A DNA stretch of 29,984 bases from an uncultured Gemmatimonadota bacterium (GTDB lineage Bacteria; Blakebacterota; Blakebacteria; Blakebacterales; Blakebacteraceae), in assembly GCA_964576115.1 (NCBI GenBank), contig CAZNUA010000043.1, positions 1 through 29,984 of the forward strand. Direction: 5' to 3'. A program made the translations under genes and the position numbers. The notes beneath the pieces were generated by a model. That model was not told where the DNA came from, made no database searches, and saw only the letters and a list, made by a program, of their open reading frames with translations. Shown here piece after piece: positions 8,862 through 18,608 of the stretch (positions within the stretch are counted from its first letter, which is position 1; every line of letters begins with the position of its first letter).

Positions 8862-10430
8862 ATGCCGCCTGTGCGGATCGGACGACACCGCCTCATCCTG
8901 TTGATTGCTCTACTCCTCTTTCTTCCGGCAGCAGTCGGCTGCGGGGGCTCCGAACCGGTTTCCGAAACCCGGGAGAGCGTGCTCGACCGGGTCGTCGCTC
9001 TCCGGGAGATCCGCTACGAGGTGCCGGCCATCCCCCGCTGGTGCGATCGGATCGAGACCCTCGAAAAACACCGTGTCAATGTCGGGGACTGCGAGCTGTA
9101 CGTCGAAACCGAGGGCCGGGGCACTCCGCTGGTCCTGGTCAACGGCGGTCCGGGCGGCACCCACCACTGCTTTCATCCCTGGTTCTCGCTGGCCGCGGAA
9201 TTCGTTCAGGTCATCTACTACGATCAGCGCGGGTGCGGTCTCTCCGACCGCACCCCCGGTCCCGAGGGCTACTCGGTACAGCAGGCCGCCGCTGACCTCG
9301 AGGCAATCCGGCAGGCTCTCGGCCACGAGACCTGGACGGTGCTGGGATATTCCTACGGGGGATTTCTGGCCCAGTGGTACGCGATCTCTCATCCGGAGAG
9401 CGTGTCGGGTCTGGTCCTGCTCGGGGCTGCACCCGGCCTGTGGACCGAGATGGAACCGACCCGGCAGTACGACTACATCTCCACCGAGGAAAGAGAACAC
9501 CTGAACGGGATCCGGAGCGAACTGCAGACGCACTACCGCGAGCAGGGATGGAGTCATGAGCACTACCTGCAGTTGCTGCTCTACAACAACCACCTCAACG
9601 CCGACTGGAAGCGGCAGAATTTCTACCGCCCCTCGACCGAGCGCTGCGCGGAGATCGCGCTCTATGAATGGGATCACGCCGATGAGTTCCGCCGCCAGCT
9701 GATCCCGACCATGGACGCCATCGATCTGAGCGGCGCCTTCGAGGACTGCCCCATTCCGACCCTCATCCTGGAGGGTGAGTGGGATCTGACCTGGAACACC
9801 GACAAACGCGATCTGCTGCTCGACAACCACCCCGGAGCCGAGCTGATCGTGTTCGAACGGGCCGGGCACGGCATCTACGACGAAGACACCGATGCCTTCT
9901 TCACCACCCTGCGTCGCTTCCTGCGTCGCCTGCCGCGCGTGCCGCAGCGCCGCCTCGCAGCCTGGCAGGAATACCTGGCTGACTGGAACCAGGCCCGACT
10001 CGCCGATCCGCGCTATCTCATCCGGCAGTGCAATGAAGGCCATGCCGCCTATCTCGAACTTGCGAACCGATACCGCTCCGACTGGCTCGCGGGAGTACTC
10101 GGCTCGAGCGAACTCCGCATCGTCGGGCATGCTCTCTACGACGCCACCCGCTACGATGACGCCCTCGAGGTCTTCCGGATCCTGGAAGAGACGGCGCGCG
10201 ACCGTGATGATGAGACCTATCTCGCCATTGCCCTGATCTGGCAGGGCCACATGCTCGACCTGCTCGATCGGCGCTCCGAGGCCGTCGCAGTGTATGAACA
10301 GGTACGGGACATGGATCTGGGCGAGGATGGCATGCGGCACGACCAGTTCGGCCTGGCGATCGTATTCGATTCGTGGGTTGCTGAACGTATCGAATCGCCG
10401 TTTACCCGGGTCGAGAACCGGTGGCCGTGA
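8862..10430 (+). CDS. Alpha/beta hydrolase, prolyl aminopeptidase (S33)-like catalytic domain, lipoprotein, with about 170-aa C-terminal helical (TPR-like) extension
   Basis: 522 aa. Signal peptide plus lipobox (LLLFLPAAVGCGG). HGGPGG oxyanion-type motif (LVNGGPGGTHH), DQRGCGLS, nucleophile elbow GYSYGG. AAGGGGA SD 9 nt upstream. The 521-aa antisense ORF 8910..10475 is a GC shadow. Confidence 0.8.
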   Translation: MPPVRIGRHRLILLIALLLFLPAAVGCGGSEPVSETRESVLDRVVALREIRYEVPAIPRWCDRIETLEKHRVNVGDCELYVETEGRGTPLVLVNGGPGGTHHCFHPWFSLAAEFVQVIYYDQRGCGLSDRTPGPEGYSVQQAAADLEAIRQALGHETWTVLGYSYGGFLAQWYAISHPESVSGLVLLGAAPGLWTEMEPTRQYDYISTEEREHLNGIRSELQTHYREQGWSHEHYLQLLLYNNHLNADWKRQNFYRPSTERCAEIALYEWDHADEFRRQLIPTMDAIDLSGAFEDCPIPTLILEGEWDLTWNTDKRDLLLDNHPGAELIVFERAGHGIYDEDTDAFFTTLRRFLRRLPRVPQRRLAAWQEYLADWNQARLADPRYLIRQCNEGHAAYLELANRYRSDWLAGVLGSSELRIVGHALYDATRYDDALEVFRILEETARDRDDETYLAIALIWQGHMLDLLDRRSEAVAVYEQVRDMDLGEDGMRHDQFGLAIVFDSWVAERIESPFTRVENRWP

Positions 10431-10735
10431 GAATCCCTCGAGGCCGTGGCGAGCGGGAGTTTTCGACCGGGCCAACCGGTTCGAGCAACAGATGCCAGCA
10501 CCGCTTCAGCCTCGAGTAATGCGATAGACGTAGAACTGGCTCAGGCGGTCCCGGTCGAGAATGAAGACCGTATCGCCGATGATCGTGAGATCGTCGCAGT
10601 AGTTAGTCAGGGAGTGGTTTCGGTCAGATTGCACGACGCCCTCCGGCGGGATTACCATTGTTCCGATTTCCGGTGCCATGCCACCCGCTTCCCGCTCTGG
10701 TCTGAACAACAAACCGGGAACTCAAGAGGCACCTT

Positions 10736-11398
10736 ATGACCACTTCTCGATCACTCACCCGCACGCTGCTCGCGACGGGCCTGCTGATTCTTCTGTCGGT
10801 CCCGGCCCGGGGCCAGAGCCCGGACACGATCCGCCGGGCCGGTTCGTGGTGTTTCCCGCCGCAACATCACTGTATTGGATCCCTCACCCGGGCTCTCTAT
10901 ACACCGGACTCGACCATTGAAAAGTATGCCGACCTGCTCCAGCAGTCCGGCAACCGGGTATCACCAATCCGAACCGATGAGGCCGGACAGGGTTCGGTCG
11001 TCGGCTCGGTCCTGGGCGCAACCCTCGGAATGGTGTCCGGTATCGGGAGTGGACTCTTGATCGATACAGTTCTCAGCGATGATGATACCAGCGGAGGCTG
11101 TGTGATAGTCCTCGAAATCGTCGGGGTCGGAGTCGGAGCCCACCTGGGTAACGGCAGGCACGGCCGGGTCGGCCTGGATATCGGCGCCTCCTTCGCCTCA
11201 CTCCTGCTCGGCACCCTGACCGTCAGCCTCCTGGCCGGCGACAGGCATATAAGCCCGGTGCTCCCCTGTGCCGTCCTGGGTCTGCAGATCGCTTCCGCAG
11301 TCGTGGTCGAGCGCAGTTCGGCGCGCAGGAAGAGACGTCTGACCGTTCCTAACCTCTCCCCGATTCCCGACGTTTCACCCACAGTACCCGACCGTTGA
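10736..11398 (+). CDS. Hypothetical secreted/envelope protein with glycine-zipper-like segments
   Basis: 220 aa. AAGAGG SD 7 nt upstream of the ATG. N-terminal signal peptide (LLATGLLILLSVPARGQ). Gly-rich hydrophobic stretches GSVLGATLGMVSGIGSGLL and VGVGVGAHLGNG resemble glycine-zipper envelope proteins. Basic C-terminal tail. Confidence 0.5.
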   Translation: MTTSRSLTRTLLATGLLILLSVPARGQSPDTIRRAGSWCFPPQHHCIGSLTRALYTPDSTIEKYADLLQQSGNRVSPIRTDEAGQGSVVGSVLGATLGMVSGIGSGLLIDTVLSDDDTSGGCVIVLEIVGVGVGAHLGNGRHGRVGLDIGASFASLLLGTLTVSLLAGDRHISPVLPCAVLGLQIASAVVVERSSARRKRRLTVPNLSPIPDVSPTVPDR

Positions 11399-11419
11399 GA
11401 TCGGATTATCATTCATCGC

Positions 11420-12719
11420 GTGACAGGTGCGGGAGGTGCTGTGGATACAGAAAGAAGCGGGATCTGCCTGTTGCGATGGATCCTGCCGGTGGCAGTGATA
11501 CTGGCGGGGATTCTCCCGGCCTGCAACGCCCGGGTGGATCCGGTGCCTCCTCCCCGTATCCCGATCGAGGATTTCCTCCGGGAACCCGTTGGACACAGCT
11601 ATCGACTCTCCCCGGATGGGGAGTCATATACCTGGTTGAGTCGGGTGAATGGGCGCACCCATCTCTTTCGAAGGGTGTTGAACGGAGTTGCGGTCGACGA
11701 TATCACGCCGTCCGACATGTCCACCGTGAACGACTATCTCTGGCTCACCGGCGGTCAGATATTCGCGCTCGGCAGCGGGATCGAGGGTATTCTGGGAATC
11801 ACCCTCCTGCAGGCCGGTGATCGAGCCGGTGTTGCCGTATTGTCCGGGGAGGGATCGTGCGAGATCATCGATCCTCTGCCCGAACTGCCGCAGCACATCG
11901 CCGTTCTGTTCTCTCCGGGAGAAGATGTGCCCCGCCCGCGACGGGACGGCCGTTCACGGTTATCTCGTCCTGCCCCCCGGGCGCCCGGCGCGTGATCTGC
12001 CGGTCATCGTCTACCCCCACGGCGGACCCCACTGGCGCGATGTCTGGGAGATGGGCCGGTTCCGGGAGATTCAGCTGCTGGCCAACCGCGGCTATGCCGT
12101 GCTGCAGGTCAACTTCCGGGGCTCGACCGGCTACGGGAAGAGTTACCTCACCGCCGGTTTCAAGCAGAACGGTCTGGCGGTTCAGAACGACCTCACCGAC
12201 GGCGTGCGCCACCTGATTTCCGAAGGGATTGCAGATCCTTCGCGGATCGCCATCATCGGCGGCAGTTACGGCGGGTACGCCGTCCTGGCCGGCCTGGCTT
12301 TCACCCCTGAACTCTACGCCTGCGGGGTGAGTCTCTTCGGGGTGTCCAGCTTCTTCACCTTCCTCGAAGCCCTCGCACAATGGACCGACATGTCGGTTCA
12401 CTACGAGCGGATCGGTCACCCGATCCGCGATCGGGAGCTGCTCACCCGGACCTCACCGCTGCTTCACGTGGAGAATATCCGGGTTCCGATCCTCATCGCC
12501 CAGGGCGGTCGGGATCCGATCGTGAATCCGGAGGAATCGGATCAGATGGTCGCCGCCCTGCGCGAGCAGAACGTGCCGGTCGAGTACATCTATCACGCCG
12601 AGGAAGGCCACGGGTACTTCTCTCGGCACGACAACTGGCTCGATCTCTGGCGGGCCATCGAGGCCTTTCTGGCCGAACATCTGGACGCGACGGCATCGAA
12701 AACGGCATTCGGCGGTTGA
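11420..12719 (+). pseudogene. S9 (prolyl oligopeptidase family) serine peptidase, apparently disrupted: frameshift near 11820..11990 and most of the beta-propeller missing
   Basis: ORF A (11420..11995) encodes a signal/lipobox-like N-terminus plus the first propeller-blade motif (RLSPDGESYTWLSRVNGRTHLF). ORF B (11817..12719, other frame) encodes a complete S9 catalytic domain (DGTAVHGYLVLPPG, HGGPH, nucleophile GGSYGG, QGGRDPIV, EGHGY). The total is about 433 aa versus 600 to 700 for intact S9 enzymes. The likely true start is a GTG near 11441, preceded by a GGGAGG SD. Alternatively an intact catalytic-domain-only protein starts at the ATG near 11925 (MCPARDGTAVHGYL…). Confidence 0.5.
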
Positions 12720-12735
12720 GTCCTCCCTATCGCAC

Positions 12736-12757
12736 GCGGAACCTGTTGTGGTACCGC
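12736..12757. terminator. Candidate bidirectional hairpin (GCGGAACC-tgttgt-GGTACCGC) between the convergent S9 and permease genes
   Basis: 7/8-bp inverted repeat centred in the 43-nt convergent intergenic gap 12720..12762. No clear U-tract. Confidence 0.3.
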
Positions 12758-12762
12758 CCGGA

Positions 12763-15504
12763 TTACTCGCTGCGCAGGGTCTCGGCCGGAGCGATCCGGG
12801 CCGCCAGCAGGGCCGGAAAAAGACTGGCCACGAACGCGATCACTCCCAGCAGGACCATGGGGATGCCGAGAATGACCGGATCGAAGGGCTGCAGGCCGGG
12901 GATAGCGGTGCTGGCCAGAACCGCAGCACCCAGGGCGAAGACGAAGCCGACCCCCAGTCCGATGATCGTCAGGCGCATCCCCCGCCCGATCACATGGCGC
13001 AGGACGTTTCCCTTGACCGCCCCCAGGGCGATGCGGATACCGATCTCGCGCTTTTGCCGGTTCACGAAATACGCTACCAGACCGTAGAGCCCGATCGAGG
13101 AAAGCAGGATCGCGATCAGTGCGAAGGTCCACATCGCAACGGTAGCGATCTGGAAGGGCATCAGGGCGAAATCGATCCGCCCCGTCATGGGGTTGAGCTC
13201 GTTGACCGGCAGGCTGGGATCCAGTGCGGCCACTTCTCGCCGGACGGCATCGGCCAGGAGCAGGGGATCGGTCGAGGTCCGGATGTGGACGTTCATCATG
13301 CCGTTGTAGTTCTGCCCGTAGGCGTAATACATATACGATTTGGGATCCTCGCCCAGCCCCAGGTACTTGCCGGTCGGAACCATCCCGACGATCTCGTGCC
13401 AGTTCCCACCGTGCAGCACGCGTTTGCCCAGCGGAGATTCCTCCGGCCAGAAACGATCCCGGAAGGCCTCGTTGACAATCACGACCGGACGGCTGTCGGG
13501 GGTATCGAAGACCGTGAACGGCCGCCCCTCCACGATCGGGATCCCCAAGGTGGTGAAATAGTCCTCATCGACGGTGTTGACGTCGACCATGATTCTCTCG
13601 CCTTCGGGAATCTCGTAGCCCTCGATTTCGATCGTGTGGGTCACCAGCGAAAGACTCAGAGGGATGGTGAAGGCCAGACCGGCCGACTCGACCTCGGGCA
13701 GACCCATCAGGCGTTCCTTGATCTGGCGGTAGAAAAGCCTCCCTTCCGCTTCGCTGTAGCGGTTCAGGAGCAGGTCGACCTGGGCTACGAGCTGGTGCTC
13801 GGGATCGAAACCGGGATTGACCGAACGCATCTGCTGCATGCCCTTGAGAACCATGCCCCCGCCGACCAGCAGGGTGAAGCTGGCAGCTACCTGGACCGCC
13901 ACCAGCGCCCGGCGCGAGAACGATGCCCGGCGGGGTTGTAAACCGAGACCTGTTTTCAGGGCCGAGGTGATGTCTTCGCGCGAGGCGAAGAGCGCCGGGG
14001 CCAGGCTGATCAGGATCGTCGCCAGACCTGATGACACGAAGATGAAGCCGATATCGCTCCAGGCGAGCGCACTACCCGAACCGAATTCCATCGGCATATC
14101 GAGAGGAATGGAGATATTTCCGCTGGCCTGTCCGAGCAGGGCCGCCAGCAGAAGCGCACCAAGCCCTGCCAGACCGGCCAGGACGGCGCCTTCGATCAGC
14201 AGCGAGCGCATCAGGCGACCCCGGCCGGCACCTAGAGCCATGCGGATGCCGATTTCCCGCCTCCGGCCGGCGGTGCGGGCCAGCAGCAGCCCGGCCACGT
14301 TGGCACAGGCCAGGACCAGGACGAAGACGATCATGGCCAGGCCGAAGACGATGAAACGCTGGAAATCCCGCCGGACCATCGGATCGAGGCTGGCCTGACG
14401 CTCGGGGAGGAGATTGAAGCTCTTGCCGGTAAAGAGATCGGGGTACTGTTCGCCCAGCTGCTGCTGGACTGCGGCGACCTGTTCCTGAGCCTGCACGAGG
14501 GTCGCTCCCGGCGCGAGCCGGCAGATGATGCTCCGGAAATTGTGATCGCCCCGGTTATCGATGCCGCCCAGAAGGGGTGCGGCCACTTCATGCATCGCCA
14601 CCGGTACCCAGAAACGCATGACCAGCCCGACCGAGTCGCCCTGGTACCCTTCTTCGGCCACCCCGATGACGGTGAAGGGGTACCGGTTGATCTGCACCTG
14701 GCGACCGATCACATCGGGATCGCCGCCGAACTCGCTCTGCCAGAAGGCGTGGCTGATGATCATGACCGGGTGGGTGCCTTCGGTCTCATCTTCTTCGGGC
14801 AGAAAATCCCGTCCCAGGACGATCTCGCGTCCCAGACAACGGAAATAACCGGCGGATACCAGCGAGCCCCAGATCCGCCGTCCCGCACCCTCGTTCGTCA
14901 GGTTCATCGGCATGGAGGTAGTGAGAACGGCGCAGGAGAAGGCCTCGACCCGGTCGCGGATGTCCTCGAAGTCGGGAACGGAAACCGAACCCCAATCCAT
15001 CGACCCTTCCCAGGCGGTGTAGATCCGGGTGACCTGCTCGGGATTCCGGGCCGGGGAGGATTGCAGGAGAGTCTGTACGGCCATGCTGTAGAGAAAGGAT
15101 CCGCCCGCCATGGCGATTGCCAGACAGAGCACGGCCGCGATCGAAACCCCGGGACGACGGCGGAGCTGCCGCAGAGCGATCCGTACATCCTGCATCAGGT
15201 CGGTCAGGGTCAGCCAGCGACCGCCTTTGAGACGAAGGTGATCGTCCACATCGCGAACCCACCTCTCGGAACGCGAGGGCCGGTTCGGCTCTTCGGCCGC
15301 TTCCACTCCACCGGCGAACTGTTCCCAGTTAAAACGCTCGACGGCCAGCCGCTCAGCCTCGGCGGGCGCCGAACCGTCGGCGAGCGCCTCGGTGTAGAAA
15401 TCCTCGAGTTGCCCGGCTATTTCTTCGATGATCCGCTCGGCCCGCAGGTCTTTGAGGTCGGGAAAGTCGACCCGCTCTCTCACAATGCGCTTCCAGTCAG
15501 GCAT
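12763..15504 (-). CDS. MacB/FtsX-like ABC-transporter permease of the duplicated 'ADOP' type with N-terminal permease-prefix domain; no adjacent ATPase gene
   Basis: The ORF extends to 15603 (946 aa). The ATG at about 15504 (MPDWKRIVRERVD…) has a perfect AGGAGG SD 8 nt upstream. Prefix domain (EEIAGQLEDFYTEALADGSAPAEAERLAVERF), MacB-like start (DVRIALRQLRRRPGVSIAAVL), two periplasmic domains and two FtsX 4-TM modules. C-terminus LFPALLAARIAPAETLRSE. Confidence 0.85.
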   Translation of the reverse strand: MPDWKRIVRERVDFPDLKDLRAERIIEEIAGQLEDFYTEALADGSAPAEAERLAVERFNWEQFAGGVEAAEEPNRPSRSERWVRDVDDHLRLKGGRWLTLTDLMQDVRIALRQLRRRPGVSIAAVLCLAIAMAGGSFLYSMAVQTLLQSSPARNPEQVTRIYTAWEGSMDWGSVSVPDFEDIRDRVEAFSCAVLTTSMPMNLTNEGAGRRIWGSLVSAGYFRCLGREIVLGRDFLPEEDETEGTHPVMIISHAFWQSEFGGDPDVIGRQVQINRYPFTVIGVAEEGYQGDSVGLVMRFWVPVAMHEVAAPLLGGIDNRGDHNFRSIICRLAPGATLVQAQEQVAAVQQQLGEQYPDLFTGKSFNLLPERQASLDPMVRRDFQRFIVFGLAMIVFVLVLACANVAGLLLARTAGRRREIGIRMALGAGRGRLMRSLLIEGAVLAGLAGLGALLLAALLGQASGNISIPLDMPMEFGSGSALAWSDIGFIFVSSGLATILISLAPALFASREDITSALKTGLGLQPRRASFSRRALVAVQVAASFTLLVGGGMVLKGMQQMRSVNPGFDPEHQLVAQVDLLLNRYSEAEGRLFYRQIKERLMGLPEVESAGLAFTIPLSLSLVTHTIEIEGYEIPEGERIMVDVNTVDEDYFTTLGIPIVEGRPFTVFDTPDSRPVVIVNEAFRDRFWPEESPLGKRVLHGGNWHEIVGMVPTGKYLGLGEDPKSYMYYAYGQNYNGMMNVHIRTSTDPLLLADAVRREVAALDPSLPVNELNPMTGRIDFALMPFQIATVAMWTFALIAILLSSIGLYGLVAYFVNRQKREIGIRIALGAVKGNVLRHVIGRGMRLTIIGLGVGFVFALGAAVLASTAIPGLQPFDPVILGIPMVLLGVIAFVASLFPALLAARIAPAETLRSE

Positions 15505-15554
15505 CAGAGGCTCCTCCTGGTGCGGGGGCAGGTCCGAGCCAGCCGCACCCCGGG

Positions 15555-15588
15555 TATCTGGTCTGAGGATATATCGCGTGACCAGATA
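15555..15588. promoter_or_regulatory. Inverted repeat TATCTGGTC-N16-GACCAGATA flanking an AT-rich GATATAT element, about 50 to 85 nt upstream of the permease-1 ATG
   Basis: 9-bp perfect arms whose spacer contains TATATC (-10-like on the minus strand). It lies within the 5' extension of the long ORF, which argues that the extension is untranslated leader/promoter. Candidate repressor operator. Confidence 0.35.
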
Positions 15589-15628
15589 TACGACTTCTCT
15601 CATCCGCTGGTTTCATCAGTCCGTCACA

Positions 15629-17623
15629 TTATGGCGTGATCCGGGCTGCCCACCCCCCGCCGGGTGCAAGCCGGATCGTCAACCGCTCTCCCGACCGGAT
15701 CCGCCGAAGGTTGCGCGAGAAGTCGACGGCGTTCCGTTCTGCGTTCAGACCGTCGGCGAAGATCTCGATCCCGTACTCCCCGGCCGGCAGAAAGGAGAAA
15801 TCCAGCTCCAGCTCGCGGGCCTCGCCGTCGGTTATGGCCCCTACGAACCATGCCTCGCCCCGCCGGCGGGCCAGGGCCGCGTAGTCACTCACCCGGGCGG
15901 CCAGCACCCGGGTTTCGTCCCACACCGTCGGCACTCCGGCGATGAATGCAAGACATTCGGGCTCACGTTCGTAGCGCGAGGGCGAATCGCAGAGCATCTG
16001 CAGGGGACTCTCGAAGACCACGTACATGGCCAGCTGATGACAGCGGGTTCCCAGGCTCATCGGCCGGGTGAAAACAGGATGGAAGTTCGCGGGATTGGCG
16101 TTGGCCATCGCCCCGGGGGTGTAATCCATCGGCCCGGCCAGCATCCGGATGAAGGGCAGGGTCACATCGTGTTCGGGGGTCGGGTTCTCGCTCCACTTCA
16201 CGTGCTCGAGCCCCATCACGCCCTCACGGGTGAGCACGTTCGGCCAGGCCCGCCGCAAGCCGGCCGGTTTGTAGGCCCCGTGGAAATCGACCAGCAGGTG
16301 CCGGGCGGCGGCGGCCTCGGCGATCGTCCAGTACCAGTTGACCATCGGCTGGTCGTCACGCTGCATGAAGTCGACCTTGATACCGGCCACCCCCCGGGCG
16401 GCGAAATCATCGAGGGCCGCCTCGAGCTGATCGTCGAGAGTCTTCCAGACGACCCAGAGGATGAGCCCCACCCCCCGATCCCGGGCGTGAGCCAGCAGGG
16501 CGTCGAGGTCGATGTCGGGATTGACAGCGAAGAGATCGGTCGTGCGCGACCAGCCCTCATCGAGAATGACGTACTCGATACCGTGCTCAGCGGCGAAATC
16601 GATGTAGTGCCGATAGGTGGCCGTATTCAGGCCGGCTTCGAAATCCACACCCCGGATATTCAGGGCATTCCACCAGTCCCAGGCCACCTTGCCCGGGCGG
16701 ATCCAGCCGGGATCTGCGATCCGGCACTCGGGCGCCAGCCGCCAGACGAGGGTCGAGGTCAGCAGATCGGCGTCGGAGCCGGTGATGACGAGCACTCGCC
16801 AGGGGAAGGAACGTTCTCCCGTCGTGCGGGCGATGTAGTCGGCCCCCCGCTCCACCCGTACCGTCCGGTCACGGACCTGTCTCTCTTCAAGAGGATATGG
16901 GGGGAAGATCGCCCGCAGCATGTTGGCGCCGGTCCCGGCCAGGTAGGCGCCGGGGTAATCGCGCAGATCCGATTCGGTGACAGCCACCTTCACCCCCTGC
17001 CCCACGTCCACCAGAACCGGGATGCTGGCAAAGGTGCCCGAAGGAATCTCGCTCAGGTGGAGCCGCTCATAGGTCCGCTCCTGGTGGGTCAGCAGGCTCT
17101 CCTCGGCCGGGAACCAGAGTTCATGATCGCCGGTGAAGGCGACCGTGAATTCTTCGTTCTTCACCGTCATTTCACCGCGCCGTTCGGTGCCAAAGCGCCA
17201 GGCCACTCCGTCGTCGGCCGCCCGGACCTCGAGCGAGAACCCCTCCCGGAACTGCAGGACCAGTTCCCGATAGACATCTTCGATCCGGGCGAACTTCTCG
17301 GGCACGACCGGGGTGAGCGTCTGGCGCACCTCGCGGGTATCGGTCCGCCGTATCCGCGCCCCCGGCCCGAGGGCCGTGCCGTCGGACAAGGTCAGGGAGA
17401 GCGGTGAGGGCGCTACGATCCGGCGGCCCTCGAAGGAGATCGCCAGGGTCAGCTCATCGCCCGCTTCCACGGACACCTCGATCCGACCGTCGGGGCTGAT
17501 CACCGACCAGGTCTCGGGTGCCAACCGCCCGCCGTTATCGCCCCGAACCGGACCGGATTCCGCGGAACCACCGGTCAGGGGCAGGGCGAGTGTCAGGCAG
17601 GTAGCGAAGACGATCGTTTTCAT
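15629..17623 (-). CDS. Glycoside hydrolase family 97 (SusB-like alpha-glucosidase/alpha-galactosidase), secreted
   Basis: 664 aa (the ORF track adds an upstream GTG). Signal peptide (MKTIVFATCLTLALPLTGGSA). Hallmark GH97 segments: YRHYIDFAAEHGIEYVILDEGW, GIKVDFMQRDDQ, LVDFHGAYKPAGLRRAWPNVLTREGVMGLE. Start overlaps the PhzF stop (TGATG). Confidence 0.9.
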   Translation of the reverse strand: MKTIVFATCLTLALPLTGGSAESGPVRGDNGGRLAPETWSVISPDGRIEVSVEAGDELTLAISFEGRRIVAPSPLSLTLSDGTALGPGARIRRTDTREVRQTLTPVVPEKFARIEDVYRELVLQFREGFSLEVRAADDGVAWRFGTERRGEMTVKNEEFTVAFTGDHELWFPAEESLLTHQERTYERLHLSEIPSGTFASIPVLVDVGQGVKVAVTESDLRDYPGAYLAGTGANMLRAIFPPYPLEERQVRDRTVRVERGADYIARTTGERSFPWRVLVITGSDADLLTSTLVWRLAPECRIADPGWIRPGKVAWDWWNALNIRGVDFEAGLNTATYRHYIDFAAEHGIEYVILDEGWSRTTDLFAVNPDIDLDALLAHARDRGVGLILWVVWKTLDDQLEAALDDFAARGVAGIKVDFMQRDDQPMVNWYWTIAEAAAARHLLVDFHGAYKPAGLRRAWPNVLTREGVMGLEHVKWSENPTPEHDVTLPFIRMLAGPMDYTPGAMANANPANFHPVFTRPMSLGTRCHQLAMYVVFESPLQMLCDSPSRYEREPECLAFIAGVPTVWDETRVLAARVSDYAALARRRGEAWFVGAITDGEARELELDFSFLPAGEYGIEIFADGLNAERNAVDFSRNLRRIRSGERLTIRLAPGGGWAARITP

Positions 17624-18510
17624 CACACGAACTCTCCCCGGGCGGTTTCGATGACGCTGCCGCCAACATGGACCTCGATCCCCGCCTCCGATCCGGCGGC
17701 CTGCAGGTGGAGCAGCGAGGGGCGGTGGATCTCGTGTCCCTGCTCGACCCGGATGTCGATCCGGTCGCTCCCGAAGTAGCGGTGCCGGACCAGCCAGGCC
17801 GCCAGACAGCCGTTGGCGCTTCCCGTGGCGGGATCCTCGGTGATGTTGTAGTAGTCCACGAAGACCCGCACGCTCAGGTCGTTATCCGGTCTCCGCGTCT
17901 CGGGACAGAAAATGAGCGGCGCCTTCCAGCGGGTGTCGGCGATCAGCTCGAAGAACTCCTCCCGCCGGACCGCGGCGCCGCGCAGGGCTTCGAGATCCTT
18001 GACCGGAACGATCAGGAAAGGCAGACCGGTCGAAACATCCTGGACCGGGAAACGGTCGTCGATATCCCACAGGTCGAGCCCCAGGACGGGGGCGATGACC
18101 TCGGGTGCCAGGTCAGCGCCGAAATCGGGTTCGTTCTGGCGCATCCAGAGCACCTCGCGGCCCTCGTCATCGGTCTCGAACCGGACGGGGATCTGCCCCA
18201 CCTTGAGATTGAGGACGATTTCTTCCGGTTCGCCCCCGGTCAGCTCGCGTCCGATAACCCAGGCGGTTCCCAGAGTGGGATGACCGGCGAAGGGGACTTC
18301 CTCGCCGGGAGTGAAGATGCGTACGTCCCAGCCCCCCTCACGCGGCTCGCCGGAGAGGATGAAAGTGGTCTCCGAATAGTGCGTCTCGCGCGCGAAGGTC
18401 AGCATGTTTTCGGCCGGAATGCGTCCCCCGTCGGTGAAGACGGCGAGCTGGTTCCCGGCGTATTTTTTCTCGGCGAAGACGTCGACGACAATGTAAGGGT
18501 GCCCGGTCAT
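17623..18510 (-). CDS. PhzF-family (phenazine-biosynthesis-like / DAP-epimerase-fold) isomerase
   Basis: 295 aa. Typical N-terminus YIVVDVFAEKKYAGNQLAVF, NMLTFARETHYSETTFI, and a two-domain repeat. GAGGAGG SD 6 nt upstream of the ATG. Confidence 0.85.
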   Translation of the reverse strand: MTGHPYIVVDVFAEKKYAGNQLAVFTDGGRIPAENMLTFARETHYSETTFILSGEPREGGWDVRIFTPGEEVPFAGHPTLGTAWVIGRELTGGEPEEIVLNLKVGQIPVRFETDDEGREVLWMRQNEPDFGADLAPEVIAPVLGLDLWDIDDRFPVQDVSTGLPFLIVPVKDLEALRGAAVRREEFFELIADTRWKAPLIFCPETRRPDNDLSVRVFVDYYNITEDPATGSANGCLAAWLVRHRYFGSDRIDIRVEQGHEIHRPSLLHLQAAGSEAGIEVHVGGSVIETARGEFV

Positions 18511-18608
18511 GGTGGTCCTCCTCGGCGCGATTCCGGTGGAATGCGTCTGATAAGATCCGCATCACCCGGAGCATGCCTCCTGACCACCGACCGTACAACG
18601 GAAATATC

